Shown here: in pieces, positions 32,880 through 41,994 of the stretch | Layout: each line of letters opens with the position of its first letter | Numbering within the stretch: position 1 is the stretch's first letter | From: an uncultured delta proteobacterium | GTDB lineage: Bacteria; Myxococcota; Myxococcia; Myxococcales; Anaeromyxobacteraceae | Assembly: GCA_963828255.1 (NCBI GenBank) | Contig: CAWHDZ010000018.1 | Span: 32,001-96,000, forward strand | Reading direction: 5' to 3' | DNA length: 64,000 nt | Position numbers and translations under genes: made by a program | Notes under the pieces: generated by a model | Databases searched by the model: none | Seen by the model: the letters and a program-made list of their open reading frames with translations, nothing else | Told to the model about the DNA's origin: nothing

Positions 32880-33687
32880 GCGGGGGCGCCTCCGCGAAGG
32901 CCTTCTCCACGATGGCCGCCGCCGTCCACCAGCGGTCGGGCGCGCCGAGGAGGATCACGATCACCTCCCGCCCGTCGCGCTCGGCCCGGGCCACGACGCA
33001 CTTGCCCGCCAGGCTGGTGAAGCCGGTCTTCACGCCGTCCGCGCCGGGCAAGCGCCCGAGGAGCGCGTTGCTGGTCGTGGCCGCGAGCACCCGTCCTCCC
33101 CGGGTGGCGACCCGGACCGAGGGGAGCGCCACCGTGCGCCGGAACTCGGCGTTCGCGAGCGCCTCCCGGGTGAGCCGCCAGAGGTCGCTCGCCGTGACGT
33201 GCTGCCCCTTGGCGTCGTGGCCGCACGGATCGGCGAACCGGCTTCCCGAGAGCCCCATCGCCGCGGCCCGCCCGTTCATCCGGGCCACGAAGGCGGCCGC
33301 GCTGCCGGCGGAGTGCTCGGCCACCGCCCGGCAGGCGTCGTTGGCCGAGGCCACCAGCATGGCCGCCACGGCGTCCCGGACCAGCACCTTCTCCCCGGCC
33401 CGCAAGCCCAGGCGGGTTCCGGTCTCCGCGGCCGCCCTTTCGCTCACGGTGATCCAGTCGCCAGGCGTCGCCGTCTCGAGGACCAGGAGGGCCGTCAGGA
33501 TCTTCACGAGGGACGCGGGCGCCCGGGGAGCATCGGGCGCCTTCGCCCAGATCACCTGTCCGTCCACGGCGACCAGGTAGGACGGCGCCGCCTCCGGGAA
33601 GCGATCCACGGGGGAAGGCAGGGCCGCCGGTCGGGGCGCCTGGGCGGCGAGCAGCGCCGCGGCGGCGGCGACGGCGAGGATGGTCAC
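32872..33687 (-). CDS. D-alanyl-D-alanine carboxypeptidase (peptidase S11)
   Basis: PASLVK (SxxK), SAN (SxN), GVKTGFT (KTG). Confidence 0.93.
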   Translation of the reverse strand: MTILAVAAAAALLAAQAPRPAALPSPVDRFPEAAPSYLVAVDGQVIWAKAPDAPRAPASLVKILTALLVLETATPGDWITVSERAAAETGTRLGLRAGEKVLVRDAVAAMLVASANDACRAVAEHSAGSAAAFVARMNGRAAAMGLSGSRFADPCGHDAKGQHVTASDLWRLTREALANAEFRRTVALPSVRVATRGGRVLAATTSNALLGRLPGADGVKTGFTSLAGKCVVARAERDGREVIVILLGAPDRWWTAAAIVEKAFAEAPPRG

Positions 33688-33711
33688 GCGGCGCCCGGGC
33701 GGCCGGTCCGT

Positions 33712-34680
33712 CTAGAACGGCAGGAAGCCCTTCGCCGCCTTCTTGGCGGCCTCGATGGCGGCGTCGTCGGCCTTCGGGGGCTGGGTCGCCGGCTTCTTGC
33801 CCTTGTCGAGGAGGTTCGCGGCGTAGGAGGTGCAGAAGGAGCGGTAGCAGGTCGTGAGGTCGGTGTAGGTCCGGCCAGCGCACTCGCGCTGGGCGACGAC
33901 CTGGGTCTGCGTGGGACACGTCTGGCCGATGAAGGAGAGGAGCTTGTCCGAGCCGTCGGTGCACCGGCGCTCGGCCTCGTGCCGCCCGGCGTCGGAGCAG
34001 GCCTCCGCCTTCATGGCCTCGAGGTCCTTGCCGCACAGGGAGGAGAGCCCCCCGCTCGCCGTGGCCGGTTGCGCGGAGAGCAGGGTGATCCCGTCGGGCG
34101 TGGCGGCCCGCTTGCACAGCGTGGCCCGGTCGGCGGGATCCTTGCACATGGCCTGGGCGCCGGTGAAGGCCCCGACCACGATCCGGGATGCCATCTCCCG
34201 GCAGCTCTCGGCCGTGCGCGCGACGCCCTCCGCCTGGACCGCGGCCACCTGGCGCCTCAACTCGCCGGCGTCGCAGTCGCCGGTGAGCTTCTTGCCGCGC
34301 AGCTTCATGAGCATCTCGCCCTGGGCGCTGCGCATGGTCATCTTGCCGTCGTAGCCGTCGGGCTTCTGGACGATCTCCCCCTCGCCCGACATCTTCTCCT
34401 CGCCCTCGCAGACCATCGTCCAGGACATCTTGCTTCCGACGTTCCGGACGTTGCTGACCTTGCACTTGTCGTCCTTGCGTCCGGATCCGGGCGGTTCGGT
34501 CATCCCCTTCTTCGGCACGCAGACCTTGGTCGTCTGGGCCGGCATGGAGAACCCGGACATCTCCATCTCCACCGTCTGCTCCCACTGGACGCCCGGCTCC
34601 CGCTCGGTCGATGCGGGAGGGGCGGCGGCGGCGAACGCAGGGACGAGGAGCAGGGCCGACAGGCGGACGGCAGCGTTCAT
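33712..34680 (-). CDS. DUF3617-family secreted Cys-rich protein
   Basis: Signal peptide, PG..WEQT..MEM, TTKVC, G.K..GDC, then a Cys-rich helical extension. Confidence 0.75.
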   Translation of the reverse strand: MNAAVRLSALLLVPAFAAAAPPASTEREPGVQWEQTVEMEMSGFSMPAQTTKVCVPKKGMTEPPGSGRKDDKCKVSNVRNVGSKMSWTMVCEGEEKMSGEGEIVQKPDGYDGKMTMRSAQGEMLMKLRGKKLTGDCDAGELRRQVAAVQAEGVARTAESCREMASRIVVGAFTGAQAMCKDPADRATLCKRAATPDGITLLSAQPATASGGLSSLCGKDLEAMKAEACSDAGRHEAERRCTDGSDKLLSFIGQTCPTQTQVVAQRECAGRTYTDLTTCYRSFCTSYAANLLDKGKKPATQPPKADDAAIEAAKKAAKGFLPF

Positions 34681-34761
34681 GGATTCCCCCTTGAAGAGGG
34701 CGCGATCATAGGCCACCTTCCGGTGGGGCGCGGGAGCCCGGATCGGGGGACAGGCCGATCG

Positions 34762-34794
34762 ATAGGTCCTGCCTATCAATTGATTCGTATCGAT
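34762..34794. promoter_or_regulatory. OxyR/LysR-type operator upstream of dps
   Basis: ATAG-N7-CTAT followed by AT-rich CAATTGATTCGTATCGAT, in otherwise GC-rich DNA. Confidence 0.6.
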
Positions 34795-34852
34795 GTCTTG
34801 GACCACAGGCCGGGGGCGCGGCATCTTCCCTCCAGAAAAGGAGGAACACCGC

Positions 34853-35332
34853 ATGTACAAGTCGCCCAGCAACCTGACCCCGGAAGCCCGCGGCGGCATC
34901 GCCGCAGCCCTGAACGCCCGCCTGTCCGACGGGCTCGACCTCCACCTCCAGACCAAGGTGGCCCACTGGAACGTGAAGGGGCCGCTCTTTCCCGCGCTGC
35001 ACCCCCTCTTCGAGCAGTTCGCGGTGGCCCTGGCCGGCTTCAACGACGCCGTGGCCGAGCGGGCCGTCACCCTGGGTGGAACGGCGGCGGGGACGGCCAG
35101 GCAGGTGGCGGCCGCCTCCACGCTGCCCGACCTGCCCACCGGCGTGGTCCGCGGCCTCGACCTGGTCTCGCTGCTGGCCGACCGGATCGACGCCTACCTG
35201 GTTGGCCTCCGCGAGGCGCGCGACCTGGCCGACCGCCTGGGCGACGGAGACACGGTGGACCTGCTCACCCAGGTCGTGACCGAGTTCGAGAAGAACGCCT
35301 GGTTCCTGCGGGCCACCGCCGAGGCCGCCTGA
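34853..35332 (+). CDS. dps: DNA starvation/stationary phase protection protein Dps
   Basis: KVAHWNVKGP.F..LH.LF, D.VAER, EKNAWFL; AAGGAGG RBS. Confidence 0.95.
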   Translation: MYKSPSNLTPEARGGIAAALNARLSDGLDLHLQTKVAHWNVKGPLFPALHPLFEQFAVALAGFNDAVAERAVTLGGTAAGTARQVAAASTLPDLPTGVVRGLDLVSLLADRIDAYLVGLREARDLADRLGDGDTVDLLTQVVTEFEKNAWFLRATAEAA

Positions 35333-36081
35333 CCACGCTCCGGGACAGCGGCGTCAAGCGGGCCTTCGACGCCGCCGCTCCCGGTTACGACCGGCTGCGG
35401 CGCCGGCTCATCCCCTGCTTCGACGACTTCTACCGCGCCGTCGAGGACCTTCTCCGGTTCCCGGCCGGAGCGGCGCCGCGCATCCTCGACCTGGGCGCCG
35501 GCACCGGGCTCCTGGCCGGGCGGCTGCTGGCCCGCTGGCCCCGGGCGCGGCTCGTCCTCCTCGACCTCTCCGCCGACATGCTCGACCGGGCCCGCGAGCG
35601 GTTCGCGGGGCAGGGCGCACGGGTGGAGATCCGCCCGGCCGACTACCTGGCCGACCCGCTGGGCGGCCCCTACGACGCGGTGGTTTCGGCGCTGTCCATC
35701 CACCACCTCCCGGATCCGGGGAAGCGCGCCGTCTTCCGGCGCGCCTTCGCGGCGCTGCGCCCGGGAGGGTGGTTCGTGGACGCCGACAACGTACTGGCCC
35801 CGACCGCCGCCCTCGCCGCCCGCCAGCGCGCCCTCTGGATCGCCCGGGTGCGGGAGAGCGGGATCGGGCAGACCGAGCTCGCGGCCGCGCTGCGCCGCAC
35901 CCGGCTCGACGTGCTCGCTCCCCTCCCCGACCAGCTCGGCTGGCTCCGCCGCGCCGGGTTCGACGAGGTGGACTGCACCTACAAGTGGCTCCACTTCGCC
36001 GTCTTCGGCGGGCGGCGCCCCCCGGTCAGGCCTGGTGCCGGCGCTCCGCGGCGGCCTTCGCGGCGTCCGCGCCCACCGTAG
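35329..36081 (+). CDS. Class I SAM-dependent methyltransferase (start uncertain, possibly CTG)
   Basis: FDAAAPGYD..RRRLIPCFDDFY, ILDLGAGTG, YDAVVSALSIHHL, LRPGGWFV; no in-frame ATG/GTG between dps and the domain. Confidence 0.8.
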   Translation: MTTLRDSGVKRAFDAAAPGYDRLRRRLIPCFDDFYRAVEDLLRFPAGAAPRILDLGAGTGLLAGRLLARWPRARLVLLDLSADMLDRARERFAGQGARVEIRPADYLADPLGGPYDAVVSALSIHHLPDPGKRAVFRRAFAALRPGGWFVDADNVLAPTAALAARQRALWIARVRESGIGQTELAAALRRTRLDVLAPLPDQLGWLRRAGFDEVDCTYKWLHFAVFGGRRPPVRPGAGAPRRPSRRPRPP

Positions 36082-36484
36082 GCCCGACGCCGATCTGGCG
36101 CATGAGCCCCAGCGCATCCCAGTGGGTCCAGCTCTCCACGATCTTGCCGCCCCGGAACCGGTCGATGCTGATGCCCTCGACGGTGCAGCGGACGCCCGTG
36201 GGCTCGAGCCCCATGAACTCCTTCTGGTGGGTGCCCGTCATGCGCCAGTGGGTGGTGCAGATTTCACCATCCGTATAAGAGCTGAGGATGGTCGGCTTCA
36301 GGTCCGGGAAGGCCGTCCGGTACATCGCGCAGATCTGCTGCACGCCGCCCCGGTCGGTGTCCCCGGTGAGCGGGTCGTGAGCGCGGAACTCCTCCGAGCA
36401 GATCTCGTCGAAGATGCCGAGATTCCCCTTCCCGTACGCCTCCTCCAGCAACCGGCGGGACATCTGCCTCAGGTCGAGCGCCAT
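36026..36484 (-). CDS. SnoaL-like ester cyclase (NTF2 fold)
   Basis: AFPDL, GTHQKEFMGLEPTG, GKIVESW..WD; AAGGAG RBS (alternative GTG at 36487). Confidence 0.9.
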   Translation of the reverse strand: MALDLRQMSRRLLEEAYGKGNLGIFDEICSEEFRAHDPLTGDTDRGGVQQICAMYRTAFPDLKPTILSSYTDGEICTTHWRMTGTHQKEFMGLEPTGVRCTVEGISIDRFRGGKIVESWTHWDALGLMRQIGVGPTVGADAAKAAAERRHQA

Positions 36485-36617
36485 CACGCGACTCCTTTCC
36501 TTCCTCCCGGGCTCCTGATAGCCGCTGGCGCCGCGCCCGCGCCGGCCATGACGGGGCGTAAGCGGCGCGACACAGGGGGAGAATCGGATTTTGCCGGCCC
36601 GGAGCGGCCGGGCGGGC

Positions 36618-37748
36618 CTACCCGGGGGGAGGCGGGGACCGCCCCGGCCTGCGCCGGACGACCAGGTAGAGCACCGCGGCGAGGACCAGCAGCGCGCCGA
36701 GGACGATGGCCAGCCGCGCGATGGCGTGGTCCACGACCTCCGTGGCGCGCCGGGCGGCCTCCGCGGTGGCGTGGTCGCCGAGCCGCTGCGCGTCGGCCAT
36801 CACGGCCAGTCTCTCCCTCTGGACGAGGGCCGCGATCTCGACCCGCTCCCTGTCCACGAAGGCCTGGATCTCCTCGCGCTGCGTCCGCACGATCCGCTCG
36901 ATCTCCGCGCGCTCGGCGGCGATGGCGCGCATGATCTGGATCCGCTGCTCGTCGGCGAAGCCGTCGAGCCCATCGGTGCCCAGCCAGGCGATCATGGCGT
37001 CCACCCTGGCCATCGCCTCCCCGGCCTGCTTCATGGCGTCCCCCATGCGCGGGTCCACGAGGTCGACGTAGGACAGCTCCGCCCTCCACACCGCCAGGTT
37101 GGGGATCATCACGGGAAGGAAGTCGATCCGGCTGATCATCCCGCTCATGTCCTCGTTGAGCTGGCCCACCACCGCGAAGGCCGAGAGCGCCTCGGTGGGC
37201 GCCAACGTCACCAGGAACTGCTCGATGCTCTCCCGGGTGGCGAAGGTGAGCCGCACCGGGTGGTTCCAGGCCCAGTCGAGGACCTTCACCCGGACCGCCG
37301 CCAGGTCCCGGTCGGGGACGGCCCAGCGGGCGATCTCCTGGACCCGCCCCTCCAGCTCCCGGGTCGTCGCCAGCACGGTGGCCGCGCCGGGGCCGAAGGC
37401 CTTCCTCCCCTCCTCCGATTCCAGGTACTGCTCCGCCTGCAGGAGGAGCGCCCAGGTGTCGACGAGGGCCACGAGCGGCCGCTGGTTGAAGAGCGTCCGG
37501 TACATGGCCGGCACGACGTTGATCTTCCAGACCAGCGCCCCCCGGCGGACGGCCGGGTCTGGTGAGGCCGCCCTGGCCGCGTCGGCGGCCTGCTCCATGA
37601 GGCCCGTGAACGGGATGGCCTCGGCGCGCAGCCGCACCCGGAGGGCCTCGGAGGAGACCTGCACTCCCTGTTCCCTCATGAACCCGGTCTGCGTCGGGAT
37701 GGTGGCGCAGGCGGCGAGGAGGAGGGCCGCGACGGGAAATGTTCGCAT
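36618..37748 (-). CDS. Hypothetical lipoprotein with coiled coil and C-terminal TM
   Basis: Lipobox LAAC, ALVDTWAL motif, C-terminal hydrophobic helix + RRR; TGATG coupling to the M13 gene. Confidence 0.7.
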   Translation of the reverse strand: MRTFPVAALLLAACATIPTQTGFMREQGVQVSSEALRVRLRAEAIPFTGLMEQAADAARAASPDPAVRRGALVWKINVVPAMYRTLFNQRPLVALVDTWALLLQAEQYLESEEGRKAFGPGAATVLATTRELEGRVQEIARWAVPDRDLAAVRVKVLDWAWNHPVRLTFATRESIEQFLVTLAPTEALSAFAVVGQLNEDMSGMISRIDFLPVMIPNLAVWRAELSYVDLVDPRMGDAMKQAGEAMARVDAMIAWLGTDGLDGFADEQRIQIMRAIAAERAEIERIVRTQREEIQAFVDRERVEIAALVQRERLAVMADAQRLGDHATAEAARRATEVVDHAIARLAIVLGALLVLAAVLYLVVRRRPGRSPPPPG

Positions 37749-39838
37749 CACCATACGCGCACCCGGTCCGCCGGCGAGAGGTGAAGGGCCTGGCCGGCGC
37801 GCACGTCGAAGGCCGGGTACCAGGCGTCGAGGTTTCGCACCGTGAGCGCCCGGTACCGGGCCGGAGCGTGACCGTCGGTGAGGATCCCCTCCCGCAGCGC
37901 CTTTTCGCGCTCCTTCTCGCGGAAGCTCTGGGCGTAGGCCAGGAAGAACTGCTGGTCGCCGGAGAGACCGTCCAGAACCGGGGCGGCTGCCCCGCCCAGC
38001 GCGTCCCTCCAGGCGTCGTAGGCGGCGGCCACGCCGGCCAGGTCGGCGATGTTCTCGGACAGGGTGAGCTTGCCGTTCACGGCCAGGTCGGGGAACGGCC
38101 GGTATGCGTCGTACTGGACCACGAGCCTGTCGCCGGCGGCCCCGAAGTGGCGCATGTCGTCCGGCGTCCACCAGTTCGCCAGGCGGCCCGCCGCGTCGAA
38201 GAGCGCTCCCTGGTCGTCGAAGCCGTGGCTGACCTCGTGCCCGATGGTGGCACCGATGGTCGCGTACTTCACCGCCAGGCTGGCGTCACGGTCGTAGAAG
38301 GGCGATTCCAGATAACCCGCCGGGAAGTTGAGCGCGTTGCGGACCGGCAGGTTCACCGCGTTCACGGTCTGGGGGAGCATGGCCCAGCCACCCCGGTCCG
38401 GGGGCAGGGAGAGCCTGGCCAGCGCCTGCCCGTAGGCGAAGAGCAGGGCGCGCTCCCGGTTCCCGAGCGCGTCCCCACGCTCGATACGGAGCCCGGTCTT
38501 GCTGCTCCAGGCATCCGGGTGGGCGATGCCCACCTTCATGGCCGCGAGCTTGGCCCGGGCCTGGGCCCGCGTGGCCGGCGCCATCCACCCGAGCGCCTGG
38601 ATGCGGCGGTCGAAGGCGACGACGATCCGGTCCACCATGCCCTGGATCTCCCGCCGCGCCTCCGGCGGGAAGTGGCGCGCCACGTAGATCTTCCCCACCG
38701 CCTCGCCGAGCGCCAGGTCGGTCTCGGCCACGGCGCGTTGCCAGCGCGGCAGCATCCGGGTGGTCCCCTTCAGCTCCGTCCCGTGAAAGCGGAAGTCCTC
38801 CTCGACGAAGGCCCTCGGCAGGAAGGGGGCCGCGTGCTCCAGCGCACGGGCCGCCAGGTACTCCTTCCAGGTGTCGAGCGGCTCGCTCCGCGCGAGCTCC
38901 GCGAGCCCCGCCAGCGCCGCCGGGTGCCAGACGATGAACACCGGCTGCCGGTCGAGCCCGGCCGCGCCCAGGAAGGCGCCCCAGTCCATCCCGGGCGCCC
39001 GGGCGTCGAAATCGGAACGGCCCCAGGGGTTGTTGGCCCTCGCCACGTCGAAGGTCTCGGCGCGGGTGGCGTGGCTCCGCGCGATGCGGGTCTCGAGCTC
39101 GAGCACCCTTCCGGCCCGCGCCTCGGCCTCGGCGGCGGGGACGCCGGACAGCCGGAACATGGCGGCGAGGTGGGCCCGGTACCGCACCCGCAGCCCGGGG
39201 AAGCTTCCGCCCTCGTCCAGGTAGTAGCTCCGGTCGGGCAGGCCGAGCCCTCCCTGGAGCAGGTAGGCGGCGTTGCGGGCCGGGACGTTCAGGTCCTGCT
39301 CCACCCAGAGGCCGAGGACGTTTCCCGTCGCCAGGTCGGTGGCGTTGAGGGCGTCGACGTCGGCCCGGATCGTCCCGCCGAGCTCCGCCGCGAGCGCGCG
39401 CCGGTCCGCGATGGCGGCGATGCGGTCCAGCGTCGGCCGGAGCGGTGTGAGCCCCCTGGCCTCGATGCCCTCCTCGTCCATGAAGCTCGCGTAGAAGTCG
39501 CCGATCTGCTGGAGCTCGGACCCGGGCGGCGCCCCTGCCCGGGCCGCCTCCTCGTCGATGGCGCGGACACGGGCGGCGACCAGTTCCTGCACCGCCAGGA
39601 CCGGCCCCACGTGGGAGCGTTCCGGAGGGATGACGGCCAGTGCCTGCCAGCCCCCGTTCGCAAATGCGTAGAAGTCGTCGCCCGGAGCGACTGCGCGGTC
39701 CATCCCCGGGAGGTCGAGTCCGCTCCGCGTGGAAGGAGCCGCCGCCGTGGCGATCCCGGCCGGCGGGGCGGAAGCCGGCGGACGGGGGGTGGCGCAGGCG
39801 AGAAGGACGAGGGCCGGGACGACGGTGGCGGCTTTCAC
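37748..39838 (-). CDS. M13 family metalloendopeptidase (PepO/neprilysin-like) lipoprotein
   Basis: DDFYAFANG.W, VNA, GHEVSHGFDD, ENIAD, DGHAP. Confidence 0.95.
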   Translation of the reverse strand: MKAATVVPALVLLACATPRPPASAPPAGIATAAAPSTRSGLDLPGMDRAVAPGDDFYAFANGGWQALAVIPPERSHVGPVLAVQELVAARVRAIDEEAARAGAPPGSELQQIGDFYASFMDEEGIEARGLTPLRPTLDRIAAIADRRALAAELGGTIRADVDALNATDLATGNVLGLWVEQDLNVPARNAAYLLQGGLGLPDRSYYLDEGGSFPGLRVRYRAHLAAMFRLSGVPAAEAEARAGRVLELETRIARSHATRAETFDVARANNPWGRSDFDARAPGMDWGAFLGAAGLDRQPVFIVWHPAALAGLAELARSEPLDTWKEYLAARALEHAAPFLPRAFVEEDFRFHGTELKGTTRMLPRWQRAVAETDLALGEAVGKIYVARHFPPEARREIQGMVDRIVVAFDRRIQALGWMAPATRAQARAKLAAMKVGIAHPDAWSSKTGLRIERGDALGNRERALLFAYGQALARLSLPPDRGGWAMLPQTVNAVNLPVRNALNFPAGYLESPFYDRDASLAVKYATIGATIGHEVSHGFDDQGALFDAAGRLANWWTPDDMRHFGAAGDRLVVQYDAYRPFPDLAVNGKLTLSENIADLAGVAAAYDAWRDALGGAAAPVLDGLSGDQQFFLAYAQSFREKEREKALREGILTDGHAPARYRALTVRNLDAWYPAFDVRAGQALHLSPADRVRVW

Positions 39839-39949
39839 ACCAGGAGTTCTACCCCAGGCGGCCCGTGATGCGCTGCGTCATCCAGGCTGGTTCATCTGGG
39901 CCCTCGACGGGCCGTTGGGAAGGTTCAACCTGTGGCGATGACCTTCCCA

Positions 39950-40003
39950 ATCAAGGTGGAGCAGACCATCGTCGGCGGGGAGGTCGCGTACAGGGCGAAG
40001 TGA
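39950..40003 (+). pseudogene. Orphan C-terminal fragment of an amidohydrolase
   Basis: IKVEQTIVGGEVAYRAK* matches the typical terminal strand of YtcJ-like amidohydrolases; no upstream body. Confidence 0.45.
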
Positions 40004-40017
40004 CGGAGGCGGCGCTT

Positions 40018-41907
40018 TCAGTCGGGCGCCTGGAACGTGACCCGCGAGGGGTGACGGGCCGACGCGTGCACCCGGTGGGTCCGCGCCCGGAAGTCCGATT
40101 CACCGGCCGCGAAGAGGTTCGGGACGAAGGTCTGTGGATTGCGGTCGTGGAGCGGGAACCAGGTGCTCTGCACCTGGACCATGATGCGGTGCCCTTTCCT
40201 GAAGACGTGGTTCCGGGTGAGGAGGTCGATGGTCACCTCCTCCACCTTCCCGGGAGTGAAGGGCACGGGGCGCTCGAACCCCTTCCGGAAGCGGCCGCGC
40301 AGGATCTCGGCGGCCACCATGATCTGGGCTCCGCCCAGGGCGGCGTCGCCCTCCACCTTCTCCGGCATCACGTCCACGAGCTTGGCCACGAAGTCGGCGT
40401 CGGTGCCGGTGGTGGAGACGAAGAGGTGGGCGGTGATCGCGCCGGAGAGGACCACGTCCTCCGCGAGCGGCGCTGTCTGCCAGGAGAGGACGTCGGGCCG
40501 GCCGTCGGCGAAGCGCTGGTCCGCCACCATCCAGGCCGGCCAGGCGTTGCCGGAACCCGGCGGATCGAGGGTCGGCGAGGGCACCGGCCGCGGCTGGTAC
40601 GGCACCGGGCTCGCAGGGTCGGAGATCCAGGAGCGGACCACCTCGCGTGCGCCCTTCGCCGGAGGGTCGAACCCGAGACGCCCGCCGTCGCCCAGGTACA
40701 CGCTCCGTGACTGGCCTCCCCGGGGCGGCCAGGCCGGGAGGCGCTGCCAGACGTTCGAGCCGGTCTGGAAGACCAGCGCCTCGGGGAGCGGCGCGCCGCA
40801 GCGCCCCTTCAGGTGGCAGGCGAAGAACGGGGCCTGCACCTCCTCCCGGAAGAACCTGGCCGTCGCGCTTCCGAACGCGATCCTCCCCAGCCCGTCGCCG
40901 TCGGCCAGGCGCCAGGTCCGGTGGGCCCAGGGCCCCTGCACGAGGAAGTTCCAGCCCTCCGCGTCGTTCCGCTCCATGGCCTGGTAGAGGGCGACCGGGC
41001 CGCGCCGGTCCTCCTGGTCGAAGGCGCCGCCCACGTGCAGCGTGGGGGCCGGGGCGTGGGTGAGCACGGACGGGAGGGAGCGGCGCTTCCAGTAGTCGTC
41101 GTAGGTGGGGTGGGCGACGATGGCGTTCCACATGGGGAAGCGGCCGTGGAAGTGGCGGGCGTCCACGTTGGCGAGCGAGCCCAGCCCAAGGAACCAGTCG
41201 TAGAGGTCCAGCCGGTCGAAGACGAAGTCGGTGAACCCCGGCCCGCTCTCCATGGCGGGGATGAACTCGAACATCTGCGAGAGCCGGAAGGCGCCCTGGT
41301 GGAAGAGGTCGTCGCCGAGGAAGTTGTCGGCCGGCGTGGCCTGGGGCGAGTAGGCCTTCACCGCCGGGTGGTGCTCCAGCATGGCCATGGCGGTGAGGCG
41401 CCCCGGGATGGAGACGCCGAGGATGCCCACCTTGCCGCTCGACGGGACGTTCGCAATGAGCCACTCGACCGTGTCGAAGGCGTCGGTACCCTCGTCCACC
41501 GAGCGTGGGTCAGCCCGGTCCCGGGGCACGCTTTCCATGACGTAGGCGCCCTCCGAGCCGAACCGTCCGCGGACGTTCTGCATGACGAGCAGGTAGCCGT
41601 CGTCGAGCAGGGGCCGGAGCCAGGGTGCGGTGAGCCACATCGAGGGCGTCCTCTCGCCCCTCCCCTCCCCCTCACCGAATCCGTAGGGGGTCCGCATGAG
41701 GAGGATGGGGAGCCTCTCGCCGGAAACCTGCGCGGCGCGGGGCGCGTAGACGACGGTCTGGAGGCGGACCCCGTCGCGCATCGGCACCATGTGCTCGGTG
41801 CGGTCCCAGGCGCTGGCGGGGTCGGCGGCGGCAGGCCCCGCAGCGGTGGCGGTGACTGGCCCGGGGGAGGCGACGAGAAGGAGAACGAGGAACGTCCGGA
41901 AATTCAT
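40018..41907 (-). CDS. CocE/NonD family hydrolase (alpha-amino acid ester hydrolase-like)
   Basis: PMRDGV.L, RTPY, NVRGRFGSEG, GVSIPG, FDQED, GPWAH, VQSTWFP..DRNPQ. Confidence 0.93.
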   Translation of the reverse strand: MNFRTFLVLLLVASPGPVTATAAGPAAADPASAWDRTEHMVPMRDGVRLQTVVYAPRAAQVSGERLPILLMRTPYGFGEGEGRGERTPSMWLTAPWLRPLLDDGYLLVMQNVRGRFGSEGAYVMESVPRDRADPRSVDEGTDAFDTVEWLIANVPSSGKVGILGVSIPGRLTAMAMLEHHPAVKAYSPQATPADNFLGDDLFHQGAFRLSQMFEFIPAMESGPGFTDFVFDRLDLYDWFLGLGSLANVDARHFHGRFPMWNAIVAHPTYDDYWKRRSLPSVLTHAPAPTLHVGGAFDQEDRRGPVALYQAMERNDAEGWNFLVQGPWAHRTWRLADGDGLGRIAFGSATARFFREEVQAPFFACHLKGRCGAPLPEALVFQTGSNVWQRLPAWPPRGGQSRSVYLGDGGRLGFDPPAKGAREVVRSWISDPASPVPYQPRPVPSPTLDPPGSGNAWPAWMVADQRFADGRPDVLSWQTAPLAEDVVLSGAITAHLFVSTTGTDADFVAKLVDVMPEKVEGDAALGGAQIMVAAEILRGRFRKGFERPVPFTPGKVEEVTIDLLTRNHVFRKGHRIMVQVQSTWFPLHDRNPQTFVPNLFAAGESDFRARTHRVHASARHPSRVTFQAPD

Positions 41908-41994
41908 GGGGCGGCAGTCTACCCGGACAGCCCCCGGCCTATCTGCGAAGATGCGCCGCGAGCCGGCCACCCTTGCCCCCTGCCCGGAGCACAC

